This document shows, piece after piece, positions 26,857 through 35,824 of a stretch of 64,000 nucleotides of DNA (the first letter of the stretch is position 1; every line of letters starts with the position of its first letter). The stretch covers positions 4,494 through 68,493 of the forward strand of contig CANSTR010000006.1 in the NCBI GenBank assembly GCA_947649935.1, read 5' to 3'. The DNA comes from an uncultured Clostridia bacterium (GTDB lineage Bacteria; Bacillota; Clostridia; TANB77; CAG-508). Position numbers and translations under genes: made by a program. The notes below the pieces were generated by a model. That model was not told the origin of the DNA. It saw only the letters and a program-made list of their open reading frames with translations, and did no database searches.

Positions 26857-27607
26857 CTCCTAGAAGTGCTAACACATCCAAGATTTCGCTGTAAAAAGTA
26901 TTTCTGTTTTTCTCGCCTTTTTCGATGCGATTAAAAATCTTCCCATCCTTCAAAAATAAAATTTTATTGCAGTAACTGGCCGATACTGGATCATGGGTTA
27001 CCATCAAAATGGTTGCTTTCATGGTACGGTTCATGTCTTCCATAATTTCTAATAATTGTCTAGCTGCCTTGCTATCTAAACTTCCAGTTGGCTCATCTGC
27101 CAAAATAATTTTAGGCTGATTGATAATCGCGCGACAAGCAGCGCATCGTTGCTTTTGCCCGCCAGATACTTGGTAAGGAAATTTTTGCAAGATATTTTCG
27201 ATATCAAGTTTTTTGGCAATCTCTAAAATTTTCTCATCAATTTCTTTTTCTGGCACTTTGTTAATCGTCAAAATCAACGCGATGTTTTCCTCAATGGTTA
27301 AGGTATCTAACAAGTTAAAATCCTGAAAAATGAACCCCAAATTTTTTCTTCTAAACTGTGCAATTTCCTCTTCTTTGATTTCCGTAATATCTTGGTCTTC
27401 CAAATAAATATGTCCACTGCTTACGGTATCAATCGTGGAAATCGCGTTCAAAAGCGTTGTTTTTCCACTCCCACTGGCGCCCATTATACCAATAAATTCG
27501 CCTTCTTCTACCTCAAAGCTAATGTCATCAATGGCTTTTGTGAGATTATCTTTGTTGCCATAATATTTCTGGATTTGCTCCACTTTCAAAATTTTTTTCA
27601 AAATCAT
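26834..27607 (-). CDS. BceA-type ABC transporter ATP-binding protein
   Basis: Walker A GASGSGKTT, signature VSGGQKQR, Walker B ILADEPTGSLD; the start is one of the clustered GTG/ATG/TTG codons after GGAG. Confidence 0.9.
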   Translation of the reverse strand: MILKKILKVEQIQKYYGNKDNLTKAIDDISFEVEEGEFIGIMGASGSGKTTLLNAISTIDTVSSGHIYLEDQDITEIKEEEIAQFRRKNLGFIFQDFNLLDTLTIEENIALILTINKVPEKEIDEKILEIAKKLDIENILQKFPYQVSGGQKQRCAACRAIINQPKIILADEPTGSLDSKAARQLLEIMEDMNRTMKATILMVTHDPVSASYCNKILFLKDGKIFNRIEKGEKNRNTFYSEILDVLALLGGDARDVR

Positions 27608-27694
27608 CACTCCTTCTAAATTTGCTTGTCATATTTTCTATGACTAAATTAAGTATACCTTAATTTTTCAGCATTTCATATAGAAATCATTTGC

Positions 27695-28720
27695 TTAAAC
27701 CTTACAATTTTGTAAGATTTCTTTTTTATCTCTCGGAATGATGATACTCATTTTGGTATATTCATTTTCTTGGCTTTGCACCTCAAGCGTCATCGCCAAT
27801 TCTTCGCATAATCGCTTGCATAAGTACAAGCCAATCCCTGTAGATTTTTTTGTTTTTCTGCCATTGGTTCCTGTGAAACCTTTGTCAAATATTCTGCCAA
27901 TTTCGCTTATTTTTATGCCAATGCCATTATCTTGAATGATTAATTTAACATTTTCTTTATTTTCTTGGACTTCAATTTGGATTTGGGCGCCGTCTTCTTT
28001 TTTGTATTGCACACTGTTTATCAAAATTTGATGCAAAATAAAAGCCAGCCATTTTTCATCTGTATAAATAAAAACATCACAATTTTTCAAATCCACTTTC
28101 ATGTGATTTTGAATCATCAGTTTTTTATGACGCGCCAGCACTTCTCTGACCACTTCTTCCAAATTGACCTCACGTATGAAAAAATCATTTGACACTGAAT
28201 CAAGTCTTGCATAAAAAAGCGCCTGTTCCACAAAATGATTGATTTCTTCCATTTGCTCATCAATTTTCTCACTCGTCTGTGATGGGTGATTTTGACAAAG
28301 CAATTTGACAGTCGTAATCGGAATTTTGATTTCATGCACCCAACTTTCGATGTATTCTTTATACGCTTTTTGCGCCATTCGCGCCTTGGTTACATTTTCT
28401 AGCATGGATTTGTTGATTCGTTTCAACATACGATAATACGCCAAATCTTCTGCATTTCTCGGTTTTTCCATCACTTCTGAAAGCAAATATTTTTCCGGTA
28501 AATGTTCTAGCATTTGATTCAAATTCGCAAAATAACGATTTTTCTCCCAGAAGAAAATCAAAAATCGAAACCCTAAAAACGCCCATAAAACAACCAGCGT
28601 AATGACGATAACATTGGCGTTTACTTGCATTGCTTTGAAATAGGCAAACATTACCAAACTAAAAATTAACCAACTTAATAGCTTGCCAATATTGTCTTTT
28701 AGACAATCTCCGAAATTCAT
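27695..28720 (-). CDS. BceS-type intramembrane-sensing histidine kinase
   Basis: 341 aa, two N-terminal TM segments with no extracellular domain, H-box WVHEIKIPIT, HATPase DNGIGI ... GIGLYLC. Confidence 0.85.
   Translation of the reverse strand: MNFGDCLKDNIGKLLSWLIFSLVMFAYFKAMQVNANVIVITLVVLWAFLGFRFLIFFWEKNRYFANLNQMLEHLPEKYLLSEVMEKPRNAEDLAYYRMLKRINKSMLENVTKARMAQKAYKEYIESWVHEIKIPITTVKLLCQNHPSQTSEKIDEQMEEINHFVEQALFYARLDSVSNDFFIREVNLEEVVREVLARHKKLMIQNHMKVDLKNCDVFIYTDEKWLAFILHQILINSVQYKKEDGAQIQIEVQENKENVKLIIQDNGIGIKISEIGRIFDKGFTGTNGRKTKKSTGIGLYLCKRLCEELAMTLEVQSQENEYTKMSIIIPRDKKEILQNCKV
27701..27716 (-). promoter_or_regulatory. BceR-type response-regulator operator (inverted repeat TTACA-N4-TGTAA) upstream of the ABC transporter genes
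   Basis: CTTACAATTTTGTAAG lies within the last codons of the kinase gene, about 90 nt upstream of the ATPase start; TATACT -10-like hexamer downstream. Confidence 0.6.
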
Positions 28721-29385
28721 ATTTTGTATCCTTGCCCTCTCTTTGTTTCAATCAAATTTTCCACGCCTAAATCTTTCAATTTTTCTCGCAAACGCGTGAT
28801 AATCACGCTCAAGCTGTTGTCGTCTGCGTATACGCCATTGTCCCACAAGTAATCAATGATTTTCTCGCGTGGCACAATTTGATTTTGATTTTTGAATAAA
28901 TAATACAAAGTTTTCAATTCTGTTTTGGTTAAGTCAATCTCTTTTTTGTCACGCAAAATAGCAGATTTCAAAATATCCAATGTGACATTTCGATACGTGA
29001 TTTTGCTTTCCTTTTCTTCTTTTGGGTAAATACGATTCAGCAAATTCTGTATCCTTGCTAGCAAAATTGGCACATCGTATGGCTTTTCGATATAATCGTC
29101 AGCACCTAGCATTAAGCCATTTAATTCTTCCATAGCTTGGTTTCTACTGGTTACAAAAATAATCGGAACTTTGGATTTTGCACGAACTTTTCGGCAAATT
29201 TCGTATCCATTTTTGCCTGGCAAATTGACATCTAACAAAACAAGATGCGAATTGAGCTCCAAAATTTGCTGCGCCACTTCTTCAAAGTTTAGAATCGCAC
29301 TCACTTCATATCCACTATTTTCCAACAGAACTTTCAATTCTTCACGAATTTCCTCATCGTCTTCCACAATTAAAATATGAAACAT
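28717..29385 (-). CDS. BceR-type OmpR-family response regulator
   Basis: 222 aa; receiver ILIVEDD ... LLDVNLPGKNG; winged-helix C-terminus; ATGA overlap with the kinase gene. Confidence 0.9.
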   Translation of the reverse strand: MFHILIVEDDEEIREELKVLLENSGYEVSAILNFEEVAQQILELNSHLVLLDVNLPGKNGYEICRKVRAKSKVPIIFVTSRNQAMEELNGLMLGADDYIEKPYDVPILLARIQNLLNRIYPKEEKESKITYRNVTLDILKSAILRDKKEIDLTKTELKTLYYLFKNQNQIVPREKIIDYLWDNGVYADDNSLSVIITRLREKLKDLGVENLIETKRGQGYKI

Positions 29386-29400
29386 GCTAATTCCCCTTCC

Positions 29401-30045
29401 TTAATAGGCTAACTTTTTGTTCGCAAAAATTTCATCCATCACTTCATTTGGATAATGCTCATCTAAAAACAAATCCAAATCACTTTGTGGCGCGATATTT
29501 CTGACTCTTTCTGACTGCCTATACGCTGCCATGCAAGAAATATTAATATCCAAAATCATGCCAACCAAAACAAAACTTGTCACAATTTTCATGCTTTTTC
29601 TCGGCATTGCAATTTTCCACTGCTCGATTTTCGGCTCCACAAAAGTCACATACAAAACGCCTGCAATTCCCCAATAGGTGCAATGTAGCAAGCTCGTCCT
29701 TCCTGCTAAGTTAAATTTCAAATACGAATAATCCCAGGATATCGTGCCAAATGCTTTTTGTTGAACTAACGAACATAGATATTCCGTGACGCCGCCAAGC
29801 AACATGGTAATCAAAAATACTTTGGGTTTGTTACGCGTTTTCACTATTTTTAAAGTTGCATAATAAATCAATATTCCGATACCATATACCGGTGTAAATG
29901 GTCCATAAATTAGCCCTTGCCTTGACTCAAAATGCCCCTTTTGAAACAACACAACAATCATTTCATAAACATAACCAATGACACTTCCTAAAATAAACAA
30001 CCAAAATAAATTCATTCCTTCTTCCAAAATTTTTCTCTTTTTCAT
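29401..30045 (-). CDS. Putative ABC-transporter type IV / CmpB-like (PF06541-like) membrane protein
   Basis: 214 aa multi-TM; FILGSVIGYVYEMIVV ... LIYGPFTPVYGIG pattern. Confidence 0.55.
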   Translation of the reverse strand: MKKRKILEEGMNLFWLFILGSVIGYVYEMIVVLFQKGHFESRQGLIYGPFTPVYGIGILIYYATLKIVKTRNKPKVFLITMLLGGVTEYLCSLVQQKAFGTISWDYSYLKFNLAGRTSLLHCTYWGIAGVLYVTFVEPKIEQWKIAMPRKSMKIVTSFVLVGMILDINISCMAAYRQSERVRNIAPQSDLDLFLDEHYPNEVMDEIFANKKLAY

Positions 30046-30114
30046 ATACGCTCCTTTACTTTTCTATTCTATCAATTTTTTTGCTTTTTTACTATTTAAG
30101 TTTCTTACAGGAAC

Positions 30115-30130
30115 CTTACAAATTTGTAAG
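30115..30130 (-). promoter_or_regulatory. Second BceR-type operator palindrome, upstream of the CmpB-like gene and bceRS
   Basis: Perfect 8+8 palindrome CTTACAAATTTGTAAG, an extra half-site CTTACAG at 30104-30110, TG-extended TAGAAT -10 about 30 nt downstream on the minus strand. Confidence 0.55.
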
Positions 30131-30232
30131 ATTAATTTTTGGTTTTTATTTGTTATTTTACTTATATCATAAAAAGATTGATTTGATAAGTGTTTTTCCT
30201 GTATTTTAAGAAAAGATTAAGAATTATTTGAC

Positions 30233-30269
30233 ATAAAAAGAACTGGTAGCATTTTTCTCTTTGCTACCA
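30233..30269 (-). terminator. Terminator ending the vanY-like transcript
   Basis: Stem TGGTAGC/GCTACCA (7 bp), followed on the minus strand by TTCTTTTTA. Confidence 0.55.
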
Positions 30270-30303
30270 ATCCTTTTTATGTTGAAATCACAACCAATAT
30301 TTT

Positions 30304-30428
30304 GTAGGGGCGTCTATCAGACGTCCGTGACCACAGAGAACTTTCCTAAAATTTTTCTATCATTTATATTCATTTTGAATAATTTTAGAAATGTCTTCAT
30401 AGAACAGGCGATTGCTAATCGCCCCTAC
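30304..30428. repeat. REP/REPIN-like doublet: two inverted GTAG-headed GC-rich hairpins flanking an AT-rich spacer
   Basis: Plus strand GTAGGGGCGTCTATCAGACGTCC at 30304-30326. Minus strand GTAGGGGCGATTAGCAATCGCC at 30428-30407. Both share the 9-nt head GTAGGGGCG, and each is followed by a 7-8-bp hairpin. Confidence 0.5.
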
Positions 30429-30455
30429 ATCTATCTTTCATTTCATTGTTCACCA

Positions 30456-31187
30456 TTAACTCTGCTGTCTCAAATATTGTACATATTCCTCCAAACACAT
30501 CCCCAACTCATTCATTTTCACAGCATGCTCTTTGCCCACATAACGCCAATGCCACGGCTCATATTCGACTTTTGTAATCGCCTCTTTTTCTTTGCCATAA
30601 CGTAGCACAAATCCATACTCCTGCGCATGTTCCATCAGCCATGCAAAACCTTTTGTGGTATCAAAATCTCCTTTCACATAATTAAAATCGACCGCCAGCC
30701 CCAAATTATGCTCACTTGTGCCCGGCTTGTTGATGGCTTGAAGTGCTAATATTTCCGCCTGTTCTCTCGTATTTCCTTGCTCCATATACTCCTTTATTTT
30801 TCTCTCAAACAAATCCTCCTGCCTTTCTACACTTCTGTACGCAGATTGTACCCACACATTCGTAATTCCGTCTTGTTTCATGTGCTCCAACATTTGATGC
30901 AATTCGTCAAACACTCTTGCATCAATTTTTCTGATTTTGTCAATGTTGACCAATTCCATTTCATAATTTTCTGGAAGAACATTTTCATAATTTACTAGCG
31001 TTAATCTCCAATCATTGATTTCTTTTGGCTCTTTTTCCACAACTAGATTTTCCGCTACTTCCTGATAATCCTCTTCAACATGCTCCGAAAAATCAGCCTT
31101 ATGCAGTTTCTTTGTACACACTATCATGATTATAATCATCATGCTTAAAAAGATAACTCTTCGCAAAATTCTTTTCTTCCTCATCAT
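30456..31187 (-). CDS. VanY-like D-alanyl-D-alanine carboxypeptidase (peptidase M15B)
   Basis: 243 aa, N-terminal TM anchor; SAYRSVERQ, GTSEHNLGLAVD, EPWHWRYVG. Confidence 0.85.
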   Translation of the reverse strand: MMRKKRILRRVIFLSMMIIIMIVCTKKLHKADFSEHVEEDYQEVAENLVVEKEPKEINDWRLTLVNYENVLPENYEMELVNIDKIRKIDARVFDELHQMLEHMKQDGITNVWVQSAYRSVERQEDLFERKIKEYMEQGNTREQAEILALQAINKPGTSEHNLGLAVDFNYVKGDFDTTKGFAWLMEHAQEYGFVLRYGKEKEAITKVEYEPWHWRYVGKEHAVKMNELGMCLEEYVQYLRQQS

Positions 31188-31903
31188 TCTACATCTCTTT
31201 CTCCGTTTTTTTTTCGAATCAAAATAAGTGGCGTTTGTTGCCTACCTTGACCTGCTGGATTGTCTTTTATCAATTGTTTCAAATGCGCTTCATCTAGCAC
31301 AATATCCTCTGATTTTCCTAAAATTTCTTGACCAAAATCATTGGAATCCACAATCATCATGCTAATACCCAATTTTTCTTTGATTTCATTGCAAACTTCA
31401 TTCGGATTTTCCGGTATTTCAATTCCAATATCGTGATATTGCTCCCACGCTCCGTCATAAAATCCATCCAAGCCCGCCACTTCTTGTCCCACAATCTGAT
31501 AAAACACACCTTTTATGCCAAACAACTTAGTAATTCCACTCGCGATGCTCGCCACCAAAACACGCAAAACACCAACTTTATTCATTGCATACTGCATATT
31601 AATCGGCATGCCAACACCATAACCACCTCGATTTTGCTGACTTGCAAACTTTGCCAAAAACTTTGCCAGCCAACCAATTTTGATATCATCCCTTCTAACT
31701 ACACGATTTTGGCAAAGCGCAATGATTTTTTCACTGCTCGAAACAATATCACCCTCTTGATACAATGGACTTACGTATTCTCTAAAAAGTTGCATATAAT
31801 CGTCACCCTGCTTCACAAATCTCGTTTTAATCGCATGCCTTAAATAAATTTCTCCGTCTACTTCAATCTGTACCTTTTTTCCCTCATTTGCAACAAATTC
31901 CAT
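31184..31903 (-). CDS. CofE-like (F420-0:gamma-glutamyl ligase fold) family protein
   Basis: 239 aa; GDIVSSSEKIIALCQNRVV, MMIVDSNDFG and a C-terminal GQG segment parallel the CofE layout; ATGA overlap with vanY-like. Confidence 0.5.
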   Translation of the reverse strand: MEFVANEGKKVQIEVDGEIYLRHAIKTRFVKQGDDYMQLFREYVSPLYQEGDIVSSSEKIIALCQNRVVRRDDIKIGWLAKFLAKFASQQNRGGYGVGMPINMQYAMNKVGVLRVLVASIASGITKLFGIKGVFYQIVGQEVAGLDGFYDGAWEQYHDIGIEIPENPNEVCNEIKEKLGISMMIVDSNDFGQEILGKSEDIVLDEAHLKQLIKDNPAGQGRQQTPLILIRKKNGERDVE

Positions 31904-31978
31904 ACTTACCTCCTCACTACATTTTATGATAGCGTAAGCTTGTATCGAATTTGTATGAAACTTGTATCTAGCTTGTAT

Positions 31979-32710
31979 CTAATCACTACCGCCCCAATAT
32001 TCAACGACTGTATTTCTAGGCTCATTCATAATACCAATTTCCAATGTACAATATTTCTCATTCATAACCAAAATCACTTCCAATTGTGCTTTTTGAGAAA
32101 CCATTTTTCCATTTTCAAATTGCCAATCATCCACAATATATAAATCCAAATATTGAATGTAATTTTGCATAATTTCCTGTTTTTCTAAATCTGCTAGCAT
32201 GTCTTTGGGAAATGAAAACGTCATGCACTTTCCCATTTTGCTTTCGATTTCTGCAAAAATTTCTCCCTTAGTAAAAATGTTTGTCTGGTAATTTACTTCG
32301 TCTTTACGATACCATTTCTCCGTCTGTATCATTGGCGAATCTTCCTTCCATTCTGCTTTTTTTAAAATGCCAAGTTTTTGCATTTTTTCCATTTCTTGTT
32401 TCACCTGCGTATCTTCCCCTTGTTTCACATACGAAATCGCCTGATTAGACGTTTTTTCTACAACCTCTACTTCTTTGTATGGCGTAATTTTCACCATAAA
32501 TTTTCCCTCTTTCATATCGTGAATAGCTTTGACCAAATAAATATTTTCTGCTTGCACATCCAGTTTACCGCTCGCTTTTTCCCTTTTAAAAATCATTTTA
32601 GAACAGCTGGCATCTTCCATTTCAAACAAAATCTGTGGCATTTGAAACGAAAAAATCAGCATCAGGAAAACGGCAAAATAAATCATTCCGTTTTTTATTT
32701 TAGTTTTCAT
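31979..32710 (-). CDS. Hypothetical membrane-anchored/secreted protein
   Basis: ORF trimmed to the ATG at 32710 (GGAGGTG 7 nt upstream; 11-nt overlap with the kinase stop); N-terminal hydrophobic segment MIYFAVFLMLIFSF. Confidence 0.6.
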   Translation of the reverse strand: MKTKIKNGMIYFAVFLMLIFSFQMPQILFEMEDASCSKMIFKREKASGKLDVQAENIYLVKAIHDMKEGKFMVKITPYKEVEVVEKTSNQAISYVKQGEDTQVKQEMEKMQKLGILKKAEWKEDSPMIQTEKWYRKDEVNYQTNIFTKGEIFAEIESKMGKCMTFSFPKDMLADLEKQEIMQNYIQYLDLYIVDDWQFENGKMVSQKAQLEVILVMNEKYCTLEIGIMNEPRNTVVEYWGGSD

Positions 32711-34109
32711 GTTCCGCCACCTCCAAAACAAAAGATACGGTTGTTCCTTGATTTTCTTCGCTTCCAATGCTCAATTTCGTATGATGTTGCTCCAAAATTT
32801 TTTGGCACAAAGAAAGTCCAATACCACTTCCGCCATTTTGTCTGCTACGCGATTTATCTACCATATAAAAATCCTCAGTAACTCTTTCTACATGCTCCTT
32901 GGGAATTCCTTTTCCTGTATCAATTACCGAAATGCGATATTGCTTTTCGCCAACACGTTTCCCTTCCACTAAAATAAACCTTTCTTTCGGCTCCGCTTTT
33001 CTGCTATTTTCCACCAAATTTCGAATCACAACTTCTAGCAATTCCTTATCTGCTTTCACAATTGCTGGCTCGATTTCTAATTTTAATTCGTATTCATCTA
33101 ATACAATTTTTTGCGAAACTTTCTCCAAAAAGTCTTGTATCGCAATCTTTTCTAGCTCAATTCGTTCTTCTGACAAAGACATCAAACACATTAATTTTTG
33201 GGAAAGCATCTCCAATCTTTTTGCCTCGGAATAAATATAATTCAATGCCTTGCTTGTTACTTCTTCATCGCATTTTTTGAAACGCAGTAAGTCGGCGTAA
33301 CCCATAATGGCTGTCATTGGCGTTTTTAATTCATGTGTAAATCCATTCATAAAATCACTTTTTTGCTGAATGGAAAGACTTAAGGAATTGATTTTATGTT
33401 CAATTTGCTCTGCCATTTGGTTAAAACTGTTCGCCAACTCGCCAATTTCATCTTTGCTTTTGACGCTTACTCTTTCATGAATTTGCCCTGACGCAATTTT
33501 TTTGCTTGCTTCATTTAATTGGTGAATTGGTCTAGTCAAAAGCAGCGAGAAAATCGAAATAAAAATCGAAGCTACGCTCAAGATAATCACATCTGCCACA
33601 ATGGTGTCTAACATTTGCCTATCTCTTTCTTTATAAACTGCTGTTACATCATAAATATGAATGATATAAATCATTTCATTATTCACAGACCAATAGGAAG
33701 AAAAAAATAAATAATGCTGATTTTCTAATTTTCGCAAAACATACATATCTGTTTCTTGGTTAAAAAGTTCGTCTAATTCAATCCCATGCATTTTATCAAA
33801 GTTCGAAAAAATTTTCTCGTGGTTTTCGTCGTACAATGCCACTTTTTCTGAATGACTTTCCATGTAGCCATATAAATCTTCAATCGATTCTATGATTTTT
33901 TCGCTCGTCATTTCCTCGCCTCTGATAATAGCATCCACCATATTACTTTCCAAATGATACCTTTCCAGCAGATTTTGATTCACACTTTGGCTCGCTGTTC
34001 TTTCAATGGAATTCATAAAATTTTGCCTAATCATCAGAAATCGACTGCACGACAAAATCATCGAAATCATCACCAAAATACTCAAATCCAACTTCACCCA
34101 AAACTTCAT
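32700..34109 (-). CDS. Sensor histidine kinase (TM - extracellular region - TM - HAMP - HisKA - HATPase)
   Basis: 469 aa; H-box FTHELKTPMTAIMGYADLL; DTGKGIP ... GGSGIGLSLC. Confidence 0.9.
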   Translation of the reverse strand: MKFWVKLDLSILVMISMILSCSRFLMIRQNFMNSIERTASQSVNQNLLERYHLESNMVDAIIRGEEMTSEKIIESIEDLYGYMESHSEKVALYDENHEKIFSNFDKMHGIELDELFNQETDMYVLRKLENQHYLFFSSYWSVNNEMIYIIHIYDVTAVYKERDRQMLDTIVADVIILSVASIFISIFSLLLTRPIHQLNEASKKIASGQIHERVSVKSKDEIGELANSFNQMAEQIEHKINSLSLSIQQKSDFMNGFTHELKTPMTAIMGYADLLRFKKCDEEVTSKALNYIYSEAKRLEMLSQKLMCLMSLSEERIELEKIAIQDFLEKVSQKIVLDEYELKLEIEPAIVKADKELLEVVIRNLVENSRKAEPKERFILVEGKRVGEKQYRISVIDTGKGIPKEHVERVTEDFYMVDKSRSRQNGGSGIGLSLCQKILEQHHTKLSIGSEENQGTTVSFVLEVAEHEN

Positions 34110-34110
34110 T

Positions 34111-34770
34111 TCACACCTCTAGCCTATATCCGATTCGATAAACAGTTTTTATTTTGTCTTTCCAATCCAGTTTCTTTCGCAATCTCTGAATATGCAAATC
34201 CAGGGTTCGTGTTTCAAATTCCATTTCTTCGCCCCACACTTTTTCAAAAATCACTTCGCGATAAAGTGCCATATTTTTGTTTTGAACCAGTAGTAACAAC
34301 AAGTCAAATTCTTTTGGCGTCAAATCAATCTCTTGATTTTCTTTTTTGACACTTCTTGCCACCACCTGAATTGTGACATTTCCGATTTCAATTTTATCTG
34401 TTGTTTTGTGATAACGTCTTAAAACTGCTTCTACTCGGGCAGTCAATTCTTCTATTTCAAATGGCTTGGTGATATAATCATCAGCGCCTTGTTTCAAACC
34501 TTTTATTTTATCTTTCGTCTGACTTTTTGCAGTTATAAAAATAACAGGAATTTCGTATTTTGTTTGCCTAATATATTCTAGCAATTCGTATCCATCTACC
34601 TTGGGAAGCATGATGTCTAGCAAGATTAAATCGTAATTTTCCTGTTCGATTAAATCAGCAGCTATTTCTCCATCTTCGGCAACTTGGCAGTTACACCCTT
34701 GTGAATCCAACGTAATTTTGATTAATTCACGAATTGCCTGCTCATCTTCCACAATCAAAATTTTATTCAT
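34111..34770 (-). CDS. OmpR-family response regulator
   Basis: 219 aa; ILIVEDE ... LLDIMLPKVDG ... winged helix ending YRIGYRLEV. Confidence 0.9.
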   Translation of the reverse strand: MNKILIVEDEQAIRELIKITLDSQGCNCQVAEDGEIAADLIEQENYDLILLDIMLPKVDGYELLEYIRQTKYEIPVIFITAKSQTKDKIKGLKQGADDYITKPFEIEELTARVEAVLRRYHKTTDKIEIGNVTIQVVARSVKKENQEIDLTPKEFDLLLLLVQNKNMALYREVIFEKVWGEEMEFETRTLDLHIQRLRKKLDWKDKIKTVYRIGYRLEV

Positions 34771-34813
34771 TTTTTCACCCTATCTTATGATAACCAAAAA
34801 ATGTATCTAAGTT

Positions 34814-34837
34814 GTAAAAAAAGGAGGTGTCCTCCTT
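34814..34837 (-). terminator. Terminator of the IbrAB-like cassette
   Basis: Stem AAGGAGG/CCTCCTT with a 3-nt loop, followed on the minus strand by TTTTTTT. Confidence 0.7.
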
Positions 34838-34853
34838 GATTTATGCTTATTTT

Positions 34854-34880
34854 GAACTACCGCGGAATCCTCAGTAGTTC
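34854..34880. repeat. Degenerate copy of palindrome 2 of the composite repeat
   Basis: TTTTGAACTACCGCGGAATCCTCAGTAGTTCGATTTTT compared with TTTTGAACTATTAAGGATTCCTTAATAGTTCGTTTTT at 4901-4937. Confidence 0.6.
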
Positions 34881-34885
34881 GATTT

Positions 34886-35419
34886 TTAATCTTTTTTAAA
34901 AATATTCTCTTCTAAATCATTCCATGCTTTGCTAAATTTGTGGTTGGCAAACATATCTTTCAAACCTGTAATTTGCTTTAAGCGAATGATTTCATCTAAC
35001 TCCATTCCTAAATGTTTTGATATTTCACTTTCAGACCAGCCATTGTCTGTTAATGTTAGCACAATATGGGACATATCAATAATTTGGTGCGTTCCTCTTG
35101 CTCGGTTATGGCGAATCGTACTTGCCATACGATTTTCTAAATCTTTGTCAATCGTAACAATCGGAATTTGTTTCAAATTGAAATATTCTTTTGCACAACG
35201 ATAACGGTGGAAACCATCCACAACAATGTAAATATCTCTTTCTTTATCATAATATGTTACAATTGGTTGTGTGTAGCCATCTTCCTCAATGGAATGTTTT
35301 AACAACTGCATTTCTGGCGGAGCTACTTTGTTTGGATTATAATCATTGGCAATTACTTTGTCAATATCGACCATTTTTACATTTAATACTGGAAATTCTA
35401 TTTCGTCTTTTTCTTTCAT
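34886..35419 (-). CDS. ParB/Sulfiredoxin-fold (ParB-like nuclease domain) protein, IbrB-like
   Basis: 177 aa; VIANDYNPNKV ... SIEEDGYTQPIV ... VVDGFHRYRCAKE; C-terminal HTH-like segment. Confidence 0.7.
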   Translation of the reverse strand: MKEKDEIEFPVLNVKMVDIDKVIANDYNPNKVAPPEMQLLKHSIEEDGYTQPIVTYYDKERDIYIVVDGFHRYRCAKEYFNLKQIPIVTIDKDLENRMASTIRHNRARGTHQIIDMSHIVLTLTDNGWSESEISKHLGMELDEIIRLKQITGLKDMFANHKFSKAWNDLEENIFKKD

Positions 35420-35433
35420 TTATACTTCCTTTC

Positions 35434-35808
35434 TTAGCTTTCTTTTTGCTCCCCATAAATCGTAACAAAATTCTTATAGGCTTGTCCTTGGTCAATGATA
35501 AAACCACATTTTTCGTAAATTTCTGTATAGAAATTTGTGACTGTACTATAAGTGATTGGCATTTCTTTTTTGATTTTGTTCAATACTTTTTCCAAATATT
35601 CATCTTTGGTTGTATAAACATTTTTGATGACATTCTTACTAACTGACACAAACGCCTTTACTTTTTCATCTTCTATGTATAAATACCAGTCTTTGCTGTC
35701 ATCATCGTAAATTCTGTCATTGGTCTGTCTTTCGACAACTCTCGAACCAAAAAATTTGCCCATGTACAAATAAAATTTTTCTTCTTTATTATTCATTTTA
35801 ATAATCAT
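35434..35808 (-). CDS. Small GNAT-like protein (124 aa) between the IbrA-like and IbrB-like genes
   Basis: ORF trimmed to the ATG at 35808 (AAGGAG 8 nt upstream); C-terminal YEKCGF motif; otherwise unrecognised. Confidence 0.45.
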   Translation of the reverse strand: MIIKMNNKEEKFYLYMGKFFGSRVVERQTNDRIYDDDSKDWYLYIEDEKVKAFVSVSKNVIKNVYTTKDEYLEKVLNKIKKEMPITYSTVTNFYTEIYEKCGFIIDQGQAYKNFVTIYGEQKES

Positions 35809-35824
35809 ATTTCTTCTCCTTATT

